NCBI GenBank assembly: GCA_002269645.1
Contig: NIVC01003423.1
Coordinates: 1 to 64,000, forward strand
Source: Macrostomum lignano
Lineage: Eukaryota
Reading direction: 5' to 3'
Length of the DNA stretch: 64,000 nucleotides
The translations under genes and the position numbers were made by a program. Of the stretch, positions 44,001-56,320 are shown in pieces. Position 1 is the stretch's first letter, and each line of letters opens with the position of its first letter. The notes under the pieces are model-generated. The model searched no databases, was not told where the DNA came from, and saw only the letters and a program-made list of their open reading frames with translations.

Positions 44001-46413
44001 CCCAGCAACTGACACTCTGGGAGGCCCAGCAACTGAGGATTTTGAGCAACAAGAGCAGCAAAACTCACTGGAGGTAGAAGCAATAGACGACTTGCGGGAA
44101 GAAGCCTGGGACACAGACGACTTGCTGATACTGGCGCCCAAATCGGCTGTAGAAGTTCTGGCGCCGCCGCTTACAGTCTTAGCGCTGGTCGCAGGCTTGT
44201 CAGCGCCAATCGCAGTTTTAGCGCCAGACGGATTATCTTTGGCGCCAATCGTCGTTTTAGCGCCATTATCTGCTTTGGCGCCAATTGCCGTTTTGGAGCC
44301 GATTGCCGTTTTGGCGCCAATCGCCGTTTTAGCACCATTATCTGTTTTGGCGCCAATTACCGTTCTGGCGCCGATTGCCGTTTTGGTGCCAATCGCCGTT
44401 TTAGCGCCATTATCTGATATGGCGCCAATTGCCGTTTTAGCGCCGGTTTTACTAGGCACTTTCAATGCAGATACGGGGGCTACCCTGGACGCAGTAGTTG
44501 ATGCCGTCGGTTTCACCGTTGTCAAAGATGGCCTTCGATTCATTTCAACTGTTAAGATTGCATGTAGATTAATTTTGGTTCATACTAGGCGCTTTATTTC
44601 GTACAGGATTAGCAGGATTAGACAGTCATTCATTCATATACTTGCTTAACCTGACCAACCAATATCTGACTCACAGATAATGCCCCTGTGCTCTACCCTG
44701 CTCAGGCGGTGAGGGGTGGGTGGAGGTGACGGTGCGGATTAGCTACCCCTCAACCCCTAGATCTTTCTCTTTTATACTCCTGTAAAACTTCCCCAGGTTT
44801 TAGTCTCTTACCCAACTGTTGTATCAGATCAGGCGGGCAGCAATGGCATAGCAAATAGCGCAGCTTTACTGTCAGCACAGCTGTATGCCAAATTCTGCAC
44901 ACATAAATAATTTAAACGGCTTTTTTTCTTCTCTAGTTGGATTTCGTCTCTTAATTGATTACTGCTAGTCAGTAGTACGTTTTAAAATTTAACGTACCGA
45001 TAATTCAAGAAAACAATTGTTCATATTCTAAACTAGAAGTTACAGAGGTACAGCTCAGTAGTAAAACACGTAAAACGGATTCCATTTGTATTATAACGAA
45101 CTAATAAAATGCAAACCCGGAAAATAAAAACATCCAAACAAATGTTTAAATCTAATGGAGAAAATACTGGTAGCAAGGAACAAAGCTTAAAAAACAAATA
45201 ACAGTTTAGAGTCGAGGTAAATAACAATTTAAACCCGGAAAAAATACGTAAACCCGGAAAAAATACGTAAACCCGGAAAAAATACGTAAACCCGGAAAAA
45301 GTACGTAAACCCGGAAAGAAACAAATAGAGCTTCGCCGCAGCTGCGGTAAGTTACGGATTACCAGGTTATTAGACAGCACATACAGGTATGCACTTTTCT
45401 GTATTCAGTAATACTTAGAGGCTAAAATATTCAGAAATATAAAATGAGATGGGGTGGATTTTAACTTTGAGTGGGGGCGCCACAATATACACTTGAGGGG
45501 CGCCATACTGAGCAAACTGAGGGCGGTGAGAACCTTTTTTGGTGACGACCAGAGCTGATAGTATGAAGTTGGCCAGGTAACTTCTATGCTTTTGTTCTCT
45601 GAAACTCCTGTCTTTTCTCCTGTTTTGGATTTAATCTCCGTTCATTTAAAGCATTTATCAAAGAAAAAAAGGGCGGCATCGTCGCCAGACGCCAGCTACA
45701 AGGGGGCCCTGGGCCTGTTTCTACTGGATTTAACGTCATTAAAAGTTATAGGAAGCTACCAAAAATGAATTATCAGATTACGGATACAGATCTACTCGGA
45801 TAATGATACGGGAAAATTTTGGTTTGCGGTGGAACTCTGAAAACAAATTAAACACGAAAAACAACTCAAACCCGGAAAACAACGTAAACCGGGAAAAGCT
45901 ACGTAAAGCCGGAGAAAACAACGTACAACCAGAAGACCTACGTAAATCCGGAAAAAACAACGTACACTTAGAAGACCTTCGTAAAGCCGGAAAAATAACT
46001 TAAACTCAGAGAAACTACGCAAAGCCGGAAGTAACTAACTCGAAAATATATTGAACTGAACACTTACCAACAGCATCATCGGCGGCAAACACAGCTCGCT
46101 GAATTTCGCTAAAATCCTCGTCAGTAGGCGGCGCAGGTGGTTCAACACAGAATGTGCCCTTTCGCTGACGCTGGCTTAGTCTATTGTGGTAGCCGCTGCT
46201 GCAGTTGTTACTGTTATTGACAAGCATCTGGCGTAGGGCGTCAGGCGGCGATGAGACCGTCATCTGAAGCGACGCCGATGCCGACGCGTCGCTAGCCGAA
46301 TTTGGCGCCGCCAGTAGGGAGCGCCGATTATGCGCGACAGAGGGGGCAGGCAGCCTGCTGGCAACAGGGCCACCGCGGGGCAGTGGGATGGCCGAATTAG
46401 TCGGCTTTGCTGC
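38063..46413 (-). CDS. MTUS1/MTUS2 (ATIP/toucan)-like microtubule-associated coiled-coil protein, 5'-partial; exons 46413-46068, 44548-44014, 43962-43764, 43456-43028, 41692-41587, 41506-41358, 41230-40559, 39595-39378, 39302-39156, 38255-38063
   Basis: All listed GT-AG junctions are phase-compatible (the 51-nt intron 44013-43963 is least certain). C-terminal motifs EIASLKSVLELRTREV and SRLSMNYEELKFKM resemble MTUS ESLKAVLEIK and KRLSMENEELLWKL. First exon(s) not found. Confidence 0.78.
38390..38970. repeat. Intronic minisatellite, 35-bp unit TCTGTCACTCCATTGTCACTCTACCTACTCCTAGT
   Basis: Tandem units. Confidence 0.9.
39705..40520. repeat. Intronic satellite of alternating ~32/33-bp subunits (65-bp dimer) GGGGAAACCCCCAAATGGGAAATCCATTGTGTCA / GGGAAACCCCGAACGGGAAATCTATAGTGTA
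   Basis: Alternating units visible, degenerating at both edges. Confidence 0.9.
41745..43010. repeat. Intronic minisatellite, 20-bp unit CTCCTCTCACCTGCCCATCT (~60 copies)
   Basis: Tandem units with GTC/GAT variants. Confidence 0.95.
43490..43700. repeat. Intronic 20-22-bp repeat GAGAGATTAGATTTGTCAATCT
   Basis: About 9 tandem units. Confidence 0.85.
45230..46030. repeat. Two short arrays of AAACCCGGAAAAAATACGT-like units (45230-45320 and ~45860-46030)
   Basis: Related ~19-bp units in an intron. Confidence 0.65.
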
Positions 46414-48139
46414 CTGGCAACCAGGAATGAAAAAGAGCAAATAAAAACGCAAGCTAGTATAGGAGTTTTAAAGACAATCTCAATAAAATAGATATACTGA
46501 AATTAAAGTACATAAAAAATCTGAGATTAAAGCATACACAAGCATATAGTTCTTTTAGAGTTACTGAAGCTAACATAATCAACTGCTTAATCTAACAAAA
46601 TAGACTAGACATTGTGCGAGTGCTAATTTTAGTTTACTCAAATGATGTTTGCTGTAGGCCTAATCCTTAACTGTCAATAATAATATTAAACTATTTTGTT
46701 TAATTTTGCTAATGTTATATAATATTCAGATTAAAAACATGCATAAAAATTAAATAAAAAAAATTTTATCTGTAATTTTGTTATAATGCTCATTTATTAA
46801 AATCGTAATGGTGTCTCAAAATAAAAATTGACTAAATACTAAAAATATTATAAATAGGCACAATCTGGCTAGTGAGCCAACTAACCTTTTTGAAACTTTT
46901 TATCCTCTAGCTTTTCTGCAACCTTTTAACTTCATATACTTAAAGACTTGGATATTGTTTAAGACTTATATTTTGAGTAGAAAGAAATTATACCATATAT
47001 ACTACTAATATGTAATAATACAAGGGAGATCAAAGGGGTCTTGGAAATACATGTATAGTGTATGTTTCTCTTGCCAAAATAAATAGCTAGTCTGAGTCAT
47101 TACATATAGTATTGAGAAGACTATGACCCTCTAATTTTTGTTATGTCTAAGGACTGGGCAATTCAATACTTAGTCAACTACTAAGAAATATAAAAAGAAT
47201 CATTCTAAAAACTATATCTCATAGGGTGCCCACACATTTTGAGCAACTAAAATATACCAGACTATTTGACTGATGCCAAAATAGATTGACATTTTCTAGA
47301 CTGACATATAATAATGCTATTAGTATAGAATAAAAATGCTACCAAATAAGTAAAAAAATACTCAGGTATGTACTCAAATGTATCCAAGTGATTAGTAACA
47401 ATCTTGACATGGTTAGGCCTAGTTTTTGCCATAAACAAACTTTTGCAAGGCACTTTCCCTAAACTGTTTTTGAAAAATACTAGAGGTCTTCTATAATGCC
47501 TAAGTTTTTTTTCTTAGTTGCACTGTCAGATCTAAGATGCAGTCTCTAAATAAAGAGCAATAATATAAACTAGTTGTACAATATAAAATAGAACATCCTG
47601 GGCTGAGCAACACTCCAATTACACAATATTTTGTTTGAGTTTGGTGTCTAAAGATCAATTGTTTATGGAATTTTAAGAGAATTAAAGAATAATTCTCTTA
47701 TATTAGAGAATATTCCAAGATATAGGTCTATCCTGGTACAAAATTGTATACAGATATGATATCAACTAGCTATATATCAACAAGATTATCAAGAAACAAG
47801 GACTAAATGCATATAAAAAAGAAAGTATTATTTGTGTTACTAGAACAATAACAATGCTAATATCAACATATGCCATCATAGATAATGAATTATTCTTTAC
47901 TATTATCTCATCTCTGGTAATAGGTTCTATGATGCAACAACTCAAGGTGATGTACTTAACATACATGTGCAACCTTAGGATTCACCTGGCCATTTCTATT
48001 GGTAACATACATACATGTAAGTCACTTTTGGCTGAGAGCAATCATGTGACTACTATTCTATCCACTAGCAACTTATATGTCATAGTTGCAACCTATTAGG
48101 AACTTCTAGGAAATATTAAAGCAAAAAGTTTATTATCAT

Positions 48140-49218
48140 CATACATGGGCAATAGTCAGCCGAGTTGGCCAATCTGGCGGCCAACCAAGGTAAGTTGCAA
48201 AAATGACTACTAGTAGGAATACAGATGTAGTACTAATTAGATGACAAGGCATTTAGCCTGAATAGGACAGTAATAGTTATTCCTGCCATTTACCCAAAAT
48301 TGTATTAAGTTTGCTTTAGTTTCTTTGACAGGTAAGTTGCATTTTTGGCCAAAAACTATGTTGCATTTTTTGTTAAAACTAAGTCATGAGAAAGGGCTTC
48401 TTGTAATACAGTATGAATGCTTTAAAAACCTATTCGTGTTACATTTATTTCTTAGAAAGACCATTATTTGAATTCTCGCAAAAATGCTAATATTTTTGTT
48501 TTAATGTTGTGAATGCAATTAATATTGTACGAAACCAATTTTGTTTTAAATACATGGGCAAAATGGTATAAATAGAAGCTCCGAGCGGGCCAAGAGAGCA
48601 ACCGTCCTTGACTCGTCGATTAATATTGAGCGAGCTAAATCTTAGAAGCAATCGCTTGAAAATTGACTTGTTCATTTCTTAGAGTATAAACCCCAAATTG
48701 GGAGTAGTATTAAGATCCGCTACAAGCGAGAAACCGCCTCAGGGCAGTAATAGTAAATTTGCCTCAGGGCAGAAGAACCGCTTCATAGTGAGAGAAGATC
48801 GCCTCAGGGCAGAAAAGGAGCATAAGCTGTGACCCTCTGATCCAGGGAATGCCCAGGACTGAGAGAATAATATTAGGGGAAGTATAGGAATAGAATAGAC
48901 AGTGCTATTAGACTGCTCAGGCCAGAAAGTACAATAGAAGTACAGACGCTAGCAGTAAAAGTACATACGCTACCAATAGAAGTACAGACGTTACCAATAG
49001 AAGTACATACGCTACTAGTAAAAGGCAAGTAATAACCAGCAATATTAACGAGGAATAACCCCTGCAACAGCTTGGTGGCAGAAAGTAAGGCTAAACAAAA
49101 GAATAAATAAGAGCCCTGGGACAGCTTTTGGTGACAGTGTGAAATTATTATTAAGAAGAAAGAAACACACCTAGCACAGTCACATGGCCAACTGAATTTT
49201 GGAGGTTCTGCATGTATG
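48140..49218 (+). mobile_element. Non-autonomous hAT MITE of the same family as 24875-31225, interrupted by a ~790-bp insertion
   Basis: Degenerate TIRs CATACATGGGCAA... / ...TTCTGCATGTATG. 8-bp TSD ATTATCAT/ATTATCAA. Collinear with 30939-31225. Confidence 0.8.
48387..49178. mobile_element. Probable solo LTR inserted in the MITE
   Basis: TG...CA ends with GTCA (or AGTCA) duplicated on both sides. Internal TATAAA, AATAAA and short repeats. Confidence 0.45.
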
Positions 49219-49819
49219 ATTATCAAAAGACATAATTAAATGGCACATAGTCTCAAATAGCTAGAAAGTTGTCTTTGTTATTCTACCGAGTGGATCAATG
49301 CTATATATACAAAATGATAGCCAATATCAAGTCCTAAATTGATTGTTTAGCAATGAGCTAAACAATCCCCAACCCAATATATTGAACTAAATTCAAGTTA
49401 AAAAGACATGTTCCATTTGTTAATTGTTGTCTTACTAAGTTACAAAAATGGCATGGTCTTAAATCTTTATATATAGTTCTGTTACAGTAGGCCTAGCTAA
49501 ATTTTTATCAAAAAGAATATTCTCAGACTTAAGCTGCCGGACTTTAAAAAAATTAATAGACAACTAAATCACAAAAAACTTTTTTAAGAACTTAAAAATA
49601 AAATAAATAAAAACAAAATGAAAGCAGTATTTATAGGGGCCTACTATTTACTTTCTTCAACTGCATAGTAGGCCATTAGGCATAAGCACCAAGTGGGCTA
49701 TGGCAGGGACTGGCAGACTGTTACCCTCAGGCCACCCACATGCAGCCTACAAAGACCTCTATGTCTGGCCCTTGGGTCCATGAATGAAACTTCACAACAG
49801 CAATCTGGCCAACTCAAGG

Positions 49820-50060
49820 TTTTTCTTTTCTCTCTCCTCTCTCTACTTCTTTGGGGTCTCCTATCCCTTCTCTTTTCTCTCTCTCCACCTCTCCCCTCTC
49901 CTATCGACCTATCCCTTTCCTCCTCTCTTCCCTCTCCATCTCCCCATGCCTCCCTTCTCAGCTTCTCTTACCTGTCCTCTCGTCTTCACTATCCTCTTAT
50001 CTCCTCTCTCTCCTCCCTTCTTCCTTTTTCTCCTCTATTCCCTCTCTTCTCTCTGGCCCG
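49820..50060. repeat. CT-rich low-complexity tract
   Basis: Polypyrimidine composition. Confidence 0.8.
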
Positions 50061-50334
50061 CAGTCATCTGGCCCATACGTTGAAAAAGTTTGCCGACCCC
50101 TGGCCTATGGCATAAGATAGGCCTATAGATACACTGAGATAGGCATAGGCCTAGGCTATGTGACATATTTAAATTAGAAACAGTTCTAGGCAGCTTGCTC
50201 TAACTACACACTACACTTGACTAAATATAAATCAATTAAACCCTGTCGGAGAACCCAGAAGTCGTCAAGTCGAGCGAGGAACAATATATTGCGGTTGTTT
50301 CATGCAAGTCAAATTAGTGCGCTGGGTCTCCCTA

Positions 50335-50700
50335 AAACACGCACCGCACCGCCCCGACCGCTACACATTATAACATTTTTGTCAATGCAGTATTTTGATT
50401 GCAAAGAAAACTATTTGTTGTAAGAGTAACAGAATAATTAACTTTAATTATTACTTTAAATATTATTATTATTTTTCATATTCTTGTTTGCATTATTAAA
50501 TTAAATTATTATTATTTTATTAATATTATTAATTGTATCACTTATTATACACCGAATTTAATATTTTAAAGTAAAAAAAACTAAATTTTATAAAAGCTTA
50601 AAGCTTAACATAAAACGCATTTTGAAATGTCTTCAGTTATAGTCCAATTTGTTTTAACGTGTAGCGCTGTGGGGCGGGGCGGTGCGCACCCGTATATACA
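50335..50700. repeat. Imperfect ~45-bp inverted repeats (GCACCGCCCC...GCTACAC) around an AT-rich spacer; MITE-like
   Basis: ~50340-50380 versus the rev-comp of ~50650-50690. Confidence 0.4.
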
Positions 50701-51529
50701 CGTTAGGCGGTATAGAACACGGCAAAAACCGCCTATAAGGCAGTCCGTATCATGCTATATGATACAGTAGCATGCTATAGACCGCCTTTTTTATGCGCAC
50801 AAGGGCCAAATATGGCACAAATTTGAACAGACGTTTCTGCTTATTTTTTATTTCACTAATGCAAAGTAGGCCTAGCGATTTTACTAACCTACTACGCTAC
50901 TATTCTCTAGTACAGTATTTTAGTGTCACTAGAATGCTAGATAAAAATTAGGTCAGGATGACTTAGTTACAAGTGTAAGTGTTAACATTTAACATTATTT
51001 TATGTAGGCCTACTAGCTGTTTATTATTTCCACAATATTAATAGGCCCAGCGAATTAATATTAGAACAGGAGAACAATACAACTCGACTTAAAGTTCAAT
51101 TAGTGAACTTGGATGGCGCTCAGTTTCAGTTTGTAGCTAGGCCTATGCACAATTTTGTAACTGAATGCAATAACTGTGTGACTAAGCTAGGCCTAGGGCT
51201 ATATATTCAATATTCTTTTTTCTGAACCCTGAATCCTGAGTTTAGGAGAGAAACTATTTAGTAAAGCTAGCTATATTGATAGATATATTGAACAACCATA
51301 ATTTAGGGTTCTAATATACTATACTAATAGCCTATTATATATACGTAGTACAACTAGCTGAGCTAGCATAAAATTCCATAAATGGATGTATTTTTTATTT
51401 TTTATTTTATTGATAAATTGGGTTCTATTCTACTATTTTATGTTATAGGTTAAGCCTGAAATTAGTATTTAGTATTTAGAGGTTCTATATTTTTTGTTTT
51501 TTTTAACCTTCCCTTTCCCCATAACCTGC

Positions 51530-54500
51530 TAGCCTTCCCTACATGGTTACACCCTACTGCCCTTTACCATACCTTACCCCAATGGCCTTCCTACAACACT
51601 TGCTACCTTTTCTTATCAATACAAGCCTTTCCCATACCTTGCTGCCCTTCATTGTCTTTTATAGGCCTTTTCCATACCCTGCTGTCTTTCACAAACCTTG
51701 CTGCTCTTCAATGTATCCTGCTTGGCCTTCATTGTATCTTGTTGGCCTTCCCACATGGCCACACCTTGCTGGCTTTTCCCATATCCTGCTAGCCTTCCCC
51801 ACACCCTACTGTCTTTCCCATACCCTGCTGTCTTTCCCCTACCCTACTGTCCTTCCCCACACCCTTGCCAGCCTTCCTTACTCCTTGCTGGCCTTCCCCA
51901 CACCCTGCCAGCTTCCCCACATCCTGCTGGCCTTCCCTACTCCCTGCTACCCTTCCCCACACCCTGCTGTCCTTCCCCATCAATGCAGGCCTTCCTCACT
52001 CCCTGTTGGCATTCCCCACACCCTGTCGGCCTTCCCCACACCCTGCTGTCCTTCCCCATCAATGCAGGCCTTCCTCACTCCCTGTTGGCATTCCCCACAC
52101 CCTGTCGGCCTTCCCCACATCCTGCTGGCCTTCCCTACTCCTTGCTACCCTTCCCCACACCCTGCCGGCCTTCCCCACATCCTGCTGGCCTTCCCTACTC
52201 CCTGCTACCCTTCCCCACATCCTGCTGTCCTTCCCCACACCCTGCTTGTCTTCACTACCAATGCAGGCTTTCCCTACACCCTGCTGTCCTTCCCCATACC
52301 CTGCTGTCTTTCCCCTACCCTGCTGTCCTTCCCCATCAATGCAGGCCTTCCTCACTCCCTGCTGGCATTCCCCACACCCTGCTGGCCTTCCCCACACCCT
52401 TGCCAGCCTTCCTTACTCCTTGCTGGCCTTCCCCACACCCTGCTAGCTTCCCCACATCCTGCTCGCCTTCCCTACTCCCTGCTACCCTTCCCCACACCCT
52501 GCTGTCCTTCCCCACATCCTGCTGGCCTTCCCTACTCCTTGCTACCCTTCCCCACACCCTGCCGGCCTTCCCCACACCCTGCCGGCTTCCCCACATCCTG
52601 CTGGCCTTGCCTTCCCTACTCCCTGCTACCCTTCCCCACACCCTGCTGTCCTTCCCCACACCCTGCTTGCCTTACACTACCAATGCAGGCTTTCCCTACA
52701 CCCTGCTGTCCTTCCCCATCAATGCAGGCCTTCCTCACTCCCTGCTGGCATTCCCCACACCCTGCCGGCCTTCCCCACATCCTGCTGGCCTTCCCTACTC
52801 CCTGCTACCCTTCCCCACACCCTGCTGTCCTTCCCCATCAATGCAGGCCTTCCTCACTCCCTGCTGGCATTCCCCACACCCTGCCGGCCTTCCCCACATC
52901 CTGCTGGCCTTCCCTACTCCTTGCTACCCTTCCCCACACCCTGCCGGCCTTCCCCACACCCTGCCGGCTTCCCCACATCCTGCTGACCTTCTCTACTCCC
53001 TGCTACCCTTCCCCACACCCTGCTGTCCTTCCCCACACCCTGCCGGCCTTCCCCACACCCTGCCTGCTTCCCCACATCCTGCTGGCCTTCCCTACTCCCT
53101 GCTACCCTTCCCCACATCCTGCTGTCCTTCCCCACACCCTGCTTGTCTTCACTACCAATGCAGGCTTTCCCTACACCCTGCTGTCCTTCCCCAATTCCCT
53201 GCTGTCTTTCCCCTACCCTGCTGTCCTTCCCCATCAATGCAGGCCTTCCTCACTCCCTGCTGGCATTCCCCACACCCTGCTGGCCCTCCCCACACCCTTG
53301 CCAGCCTTCCTTACTCCTTGCTGGCCTTCCCCACACCCTGCTAGCTTCCCCACATCCTGCTCGCCTTCCCTACTCCCTGCTACCCTTCCCCACACCCTGC
53401 TGTCCTTCCCCACATCCTGCTGGCCTTCCCTACTCCCTGCTACCCTTCCCCACACCCTGCTGTCCTTCCCCATCAATGCAGGCCTTCCTCACTCCCTGCT
53501 GGCATTCCCCACACCCTGCCGGCCTTCCCCACATCCTGCTGGCCTTCCCTACTCCTTGCTACCCTTCCCCACACCCTGCCGGCCTTCCCCACACCCTGCC
53601 GGCTTCCCCACATCCTGCTGACCTTCTCTACTCCCTGCTACCCTTCCCCACACCCTGCTGTCCTTCCCCACACCCTGCCGGCCTTCCCCACACCCTGCCT
53701 GCTTCCCCACATCCTGCTGGCCTTCCCTACTCCCTGCTACCCTTCCCCACATCCTGCTGTCCTTCCCCACACCCTGCTTGTCTTCACTACCAATGCAGGC
53801 TTTCCCTACACCCTGCTGTCCTTCCCCAATTCCCTGCTGTCTTTCCCCTACCCTGCTGTCCTTCCCCATCAATGCAGGCCTTCCTCACTCCCTGCTGGCA
53901 TTCCCCACACCCTGCTGGCCTTCCCCACACCCTTGCCAGCCTTCCTTACTCCTTGCTGGCCTTCCCCACACCCTGCTAGCTTCCCCACATCCTGCTCGCC
54001 TTCCCTACTCCCTGCTACCCTTCCCCACACCCTGCTGTCCTTCCCCACATCCTGCTGGCCTTCCCTACTCCCTGCTACCCTTCCCCACACCCTGCTGTCC
54101 TTCCCCATCAATGCAGGCCTTCCTCACTCCCTGCTGGCATTCCCCACACCCTGCCGGCCTTCCCCACATCCTGCTGGCCTTCCCTACTCCTTGCTACCCT
54201 TCCCCACACCCTGCCGGCCTTCCCCACACCCTGCCGGCTTCCCCACATCCTGCTGACCTTCTCTACTCCCTGCTACCCTTCCCCACACCCTGCTGTCCTT
54301 CCCCACACCCTGCCGGCCTTCCCCACACCCTGCCTGCTTCCCCACATCCTGCTGGCCTTCCCTACTCCCTGCTACCCTTCCCCACATCCTGCTGTCCTTC
54401 CCCACACCCTGCTTGTCTTCACTACCAATGCAGGCTTTCCCTACACCCTGCTGTCCTTCCCCATACCCTGCTGTCTTTCCCCTACCCTGCTGTCCTTCCC

Positions 54501-55790
54501 CATCAATGCAGGCCTTCCTCACTCCCTGCTGGCATTCCCCACACCCTGCCGGCCTTCCCCACACCCTTGCCAGCCTTCCTTACTCCTTGCTGGCCTTCCC
54601 CACACCCTGCTAGCTTCCCCACATCCTGCTCGCCTTCCCTACTCCCTGCTACCCTTCCCCACACCCTGCTGTCCTTCCCCATCAATGCAGGCCTTCCTCA
54701 CTCCTTGCTACCCTTCCCCACACCCTGCCGGCCTTCCCCACACCCTGCCGGCTTCCCCACATCCTGCTGACCTTCTCTACTCCCTGCTACCCTTCCCCAC
54801 ACCCTGCCTGCTTCCCCTCATCCTGCTGGCCTTCCCTACTCCCTGCTACCCTTCCCCACACCCTGCTGTCCTTCCCCACACCCTGCTAATCTTCACTACC
54901 AATGCAGGCTTTCCCTACACCTTTCTTTCCTTCCCCATCAATGCAGGCCTTTCCCACTCCCTTCTGGCATTCCCCACACCCTGCCGGCTTCCCCACATCC
55001 TGCTGACCTTCTCTTCTCCCTGCTACCCTTCCCCACACCCTGCCTGCTTCCCCTCATCCTGCTGGCCTTCCCTACTCCCTGCTACCCTTCCCCACACCCT
55101 GCTGTCCTTCCCCACACCCTGCTAATCTTCACTACCAATGCAGGCTTTCCCTACACCTTTCTTTCCTTCCCCATCAATGCAGGCCTTTCCCACTCCCTTC
55201 TGGCATTCCCCACACCCTGCCGGCTTCCCCACTTCCTGCTGGCCTTCCCTACTCCCTGCTACCCTTCCCCACATCCTGCCGGCCTTCCCCACACCCTGCC
55301 GGCTTCTCCACATCCTGCCGGCTTCTCCACATCCTGCCGGCCTTCCCTACTCCCTGCTACCCTTCCCCACACCCTGCTGTCCTTCCCCACACCCTGCTTG
55401 CCTTACACTACCAATGCAGGCTTTCCCTACACCCTGCTGTCCTTCCCCATCAATGCAGGCCTTTCCCACTCCCTTCTGGCATTCCCCACACCCTGCCGGC
55501 TTCCCCACTTCCTGCTGGCCTTCCCTACTCCCTGCTACCCTTCCCCACACCCTGCTGTCCTTCCCCACACCCTGCTTGCCTTACACTACCAATGCAGGCT
55601 TTCCCTACACCCTGCTGTCCTTCCCCATCAATGCAGGCCTTTCCCACTCCCTGCTGGCATTCCCCACACCCTGCCAGCCTTCCCTACTGCTGGCCTTCCC
55701 TTTTTCCTGCTACCCTTCCCCACACCCTGCCGGCCTTCCCCATACCCTGCTGTCATTTCCCACACCCTGCCACTCTACCTCTCACAGGCT
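51530..55790 (+). repeat. Satellite based on a ~21-bp unit CCCTGCTGGCCTTCCCCACAC, with a 635-bp higher-order repeat
   Basis: Near-identical ORF translations recur at a 635-bp period (52914/53549/54184; 53143/53778/54413). The left edge is degenerate. Confidence 0.95.
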
Positions 55791-55906
55791 ACCCCTCCCA
55801 GACAGCCCTCCCAGACAGCCCTCCCAGACAGCCCCTCCAGGCTAACCCGACTCTACCCCTCCCAGGCAGCCCTTCCGGGCTTCATCTCCCACTCAACCTC
55901 TTCCAG

Positions 55907-56320
55907 AAGCGGAGGACGATCGCAGGACTGTCTGCTGCCTGCCGCTTCGGCTGCAGTGACCGCCGGCTCAAGCGGAGGACGATCGCAGGACTGTCTGCTG
56001 CCTGCCGCTTCGGCTGCAGTGACCGCCGGCTCAAGCGGAGGACGATCGCAGGACTGTCTGCTGCCTGCCGCTTCGGCTGCAGTGACCGCCGGCTCAAGCG
56101 GAGGACGATCGCAGGACTGTCTGCTGCCTGCCGCTTCGGCTGCAGTGACCGCCGGCTCAAGCGGAGGACGATCGCAGGACTGTCTGCTGCCTGCCGCTTC
56201 GGCTGCAGTGACCGCCGGCTCAAGCGGAGGACGATCGCAGGACTGTCTGCTGTCTGCCGCTTCGGCTGCAGTGACCGCCGGCTCAAGCGGAGGACGATCG
56301 CTGCTCCGCGTGCTATCATC
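55907..56320 (+). repeat. 63-bp GC-rich tandem repeat, ~6.3 copies
   Basis: Units start AAGCGGAGGACGATCGC at 55907, 55970 and onward. Confidence 0.95.
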
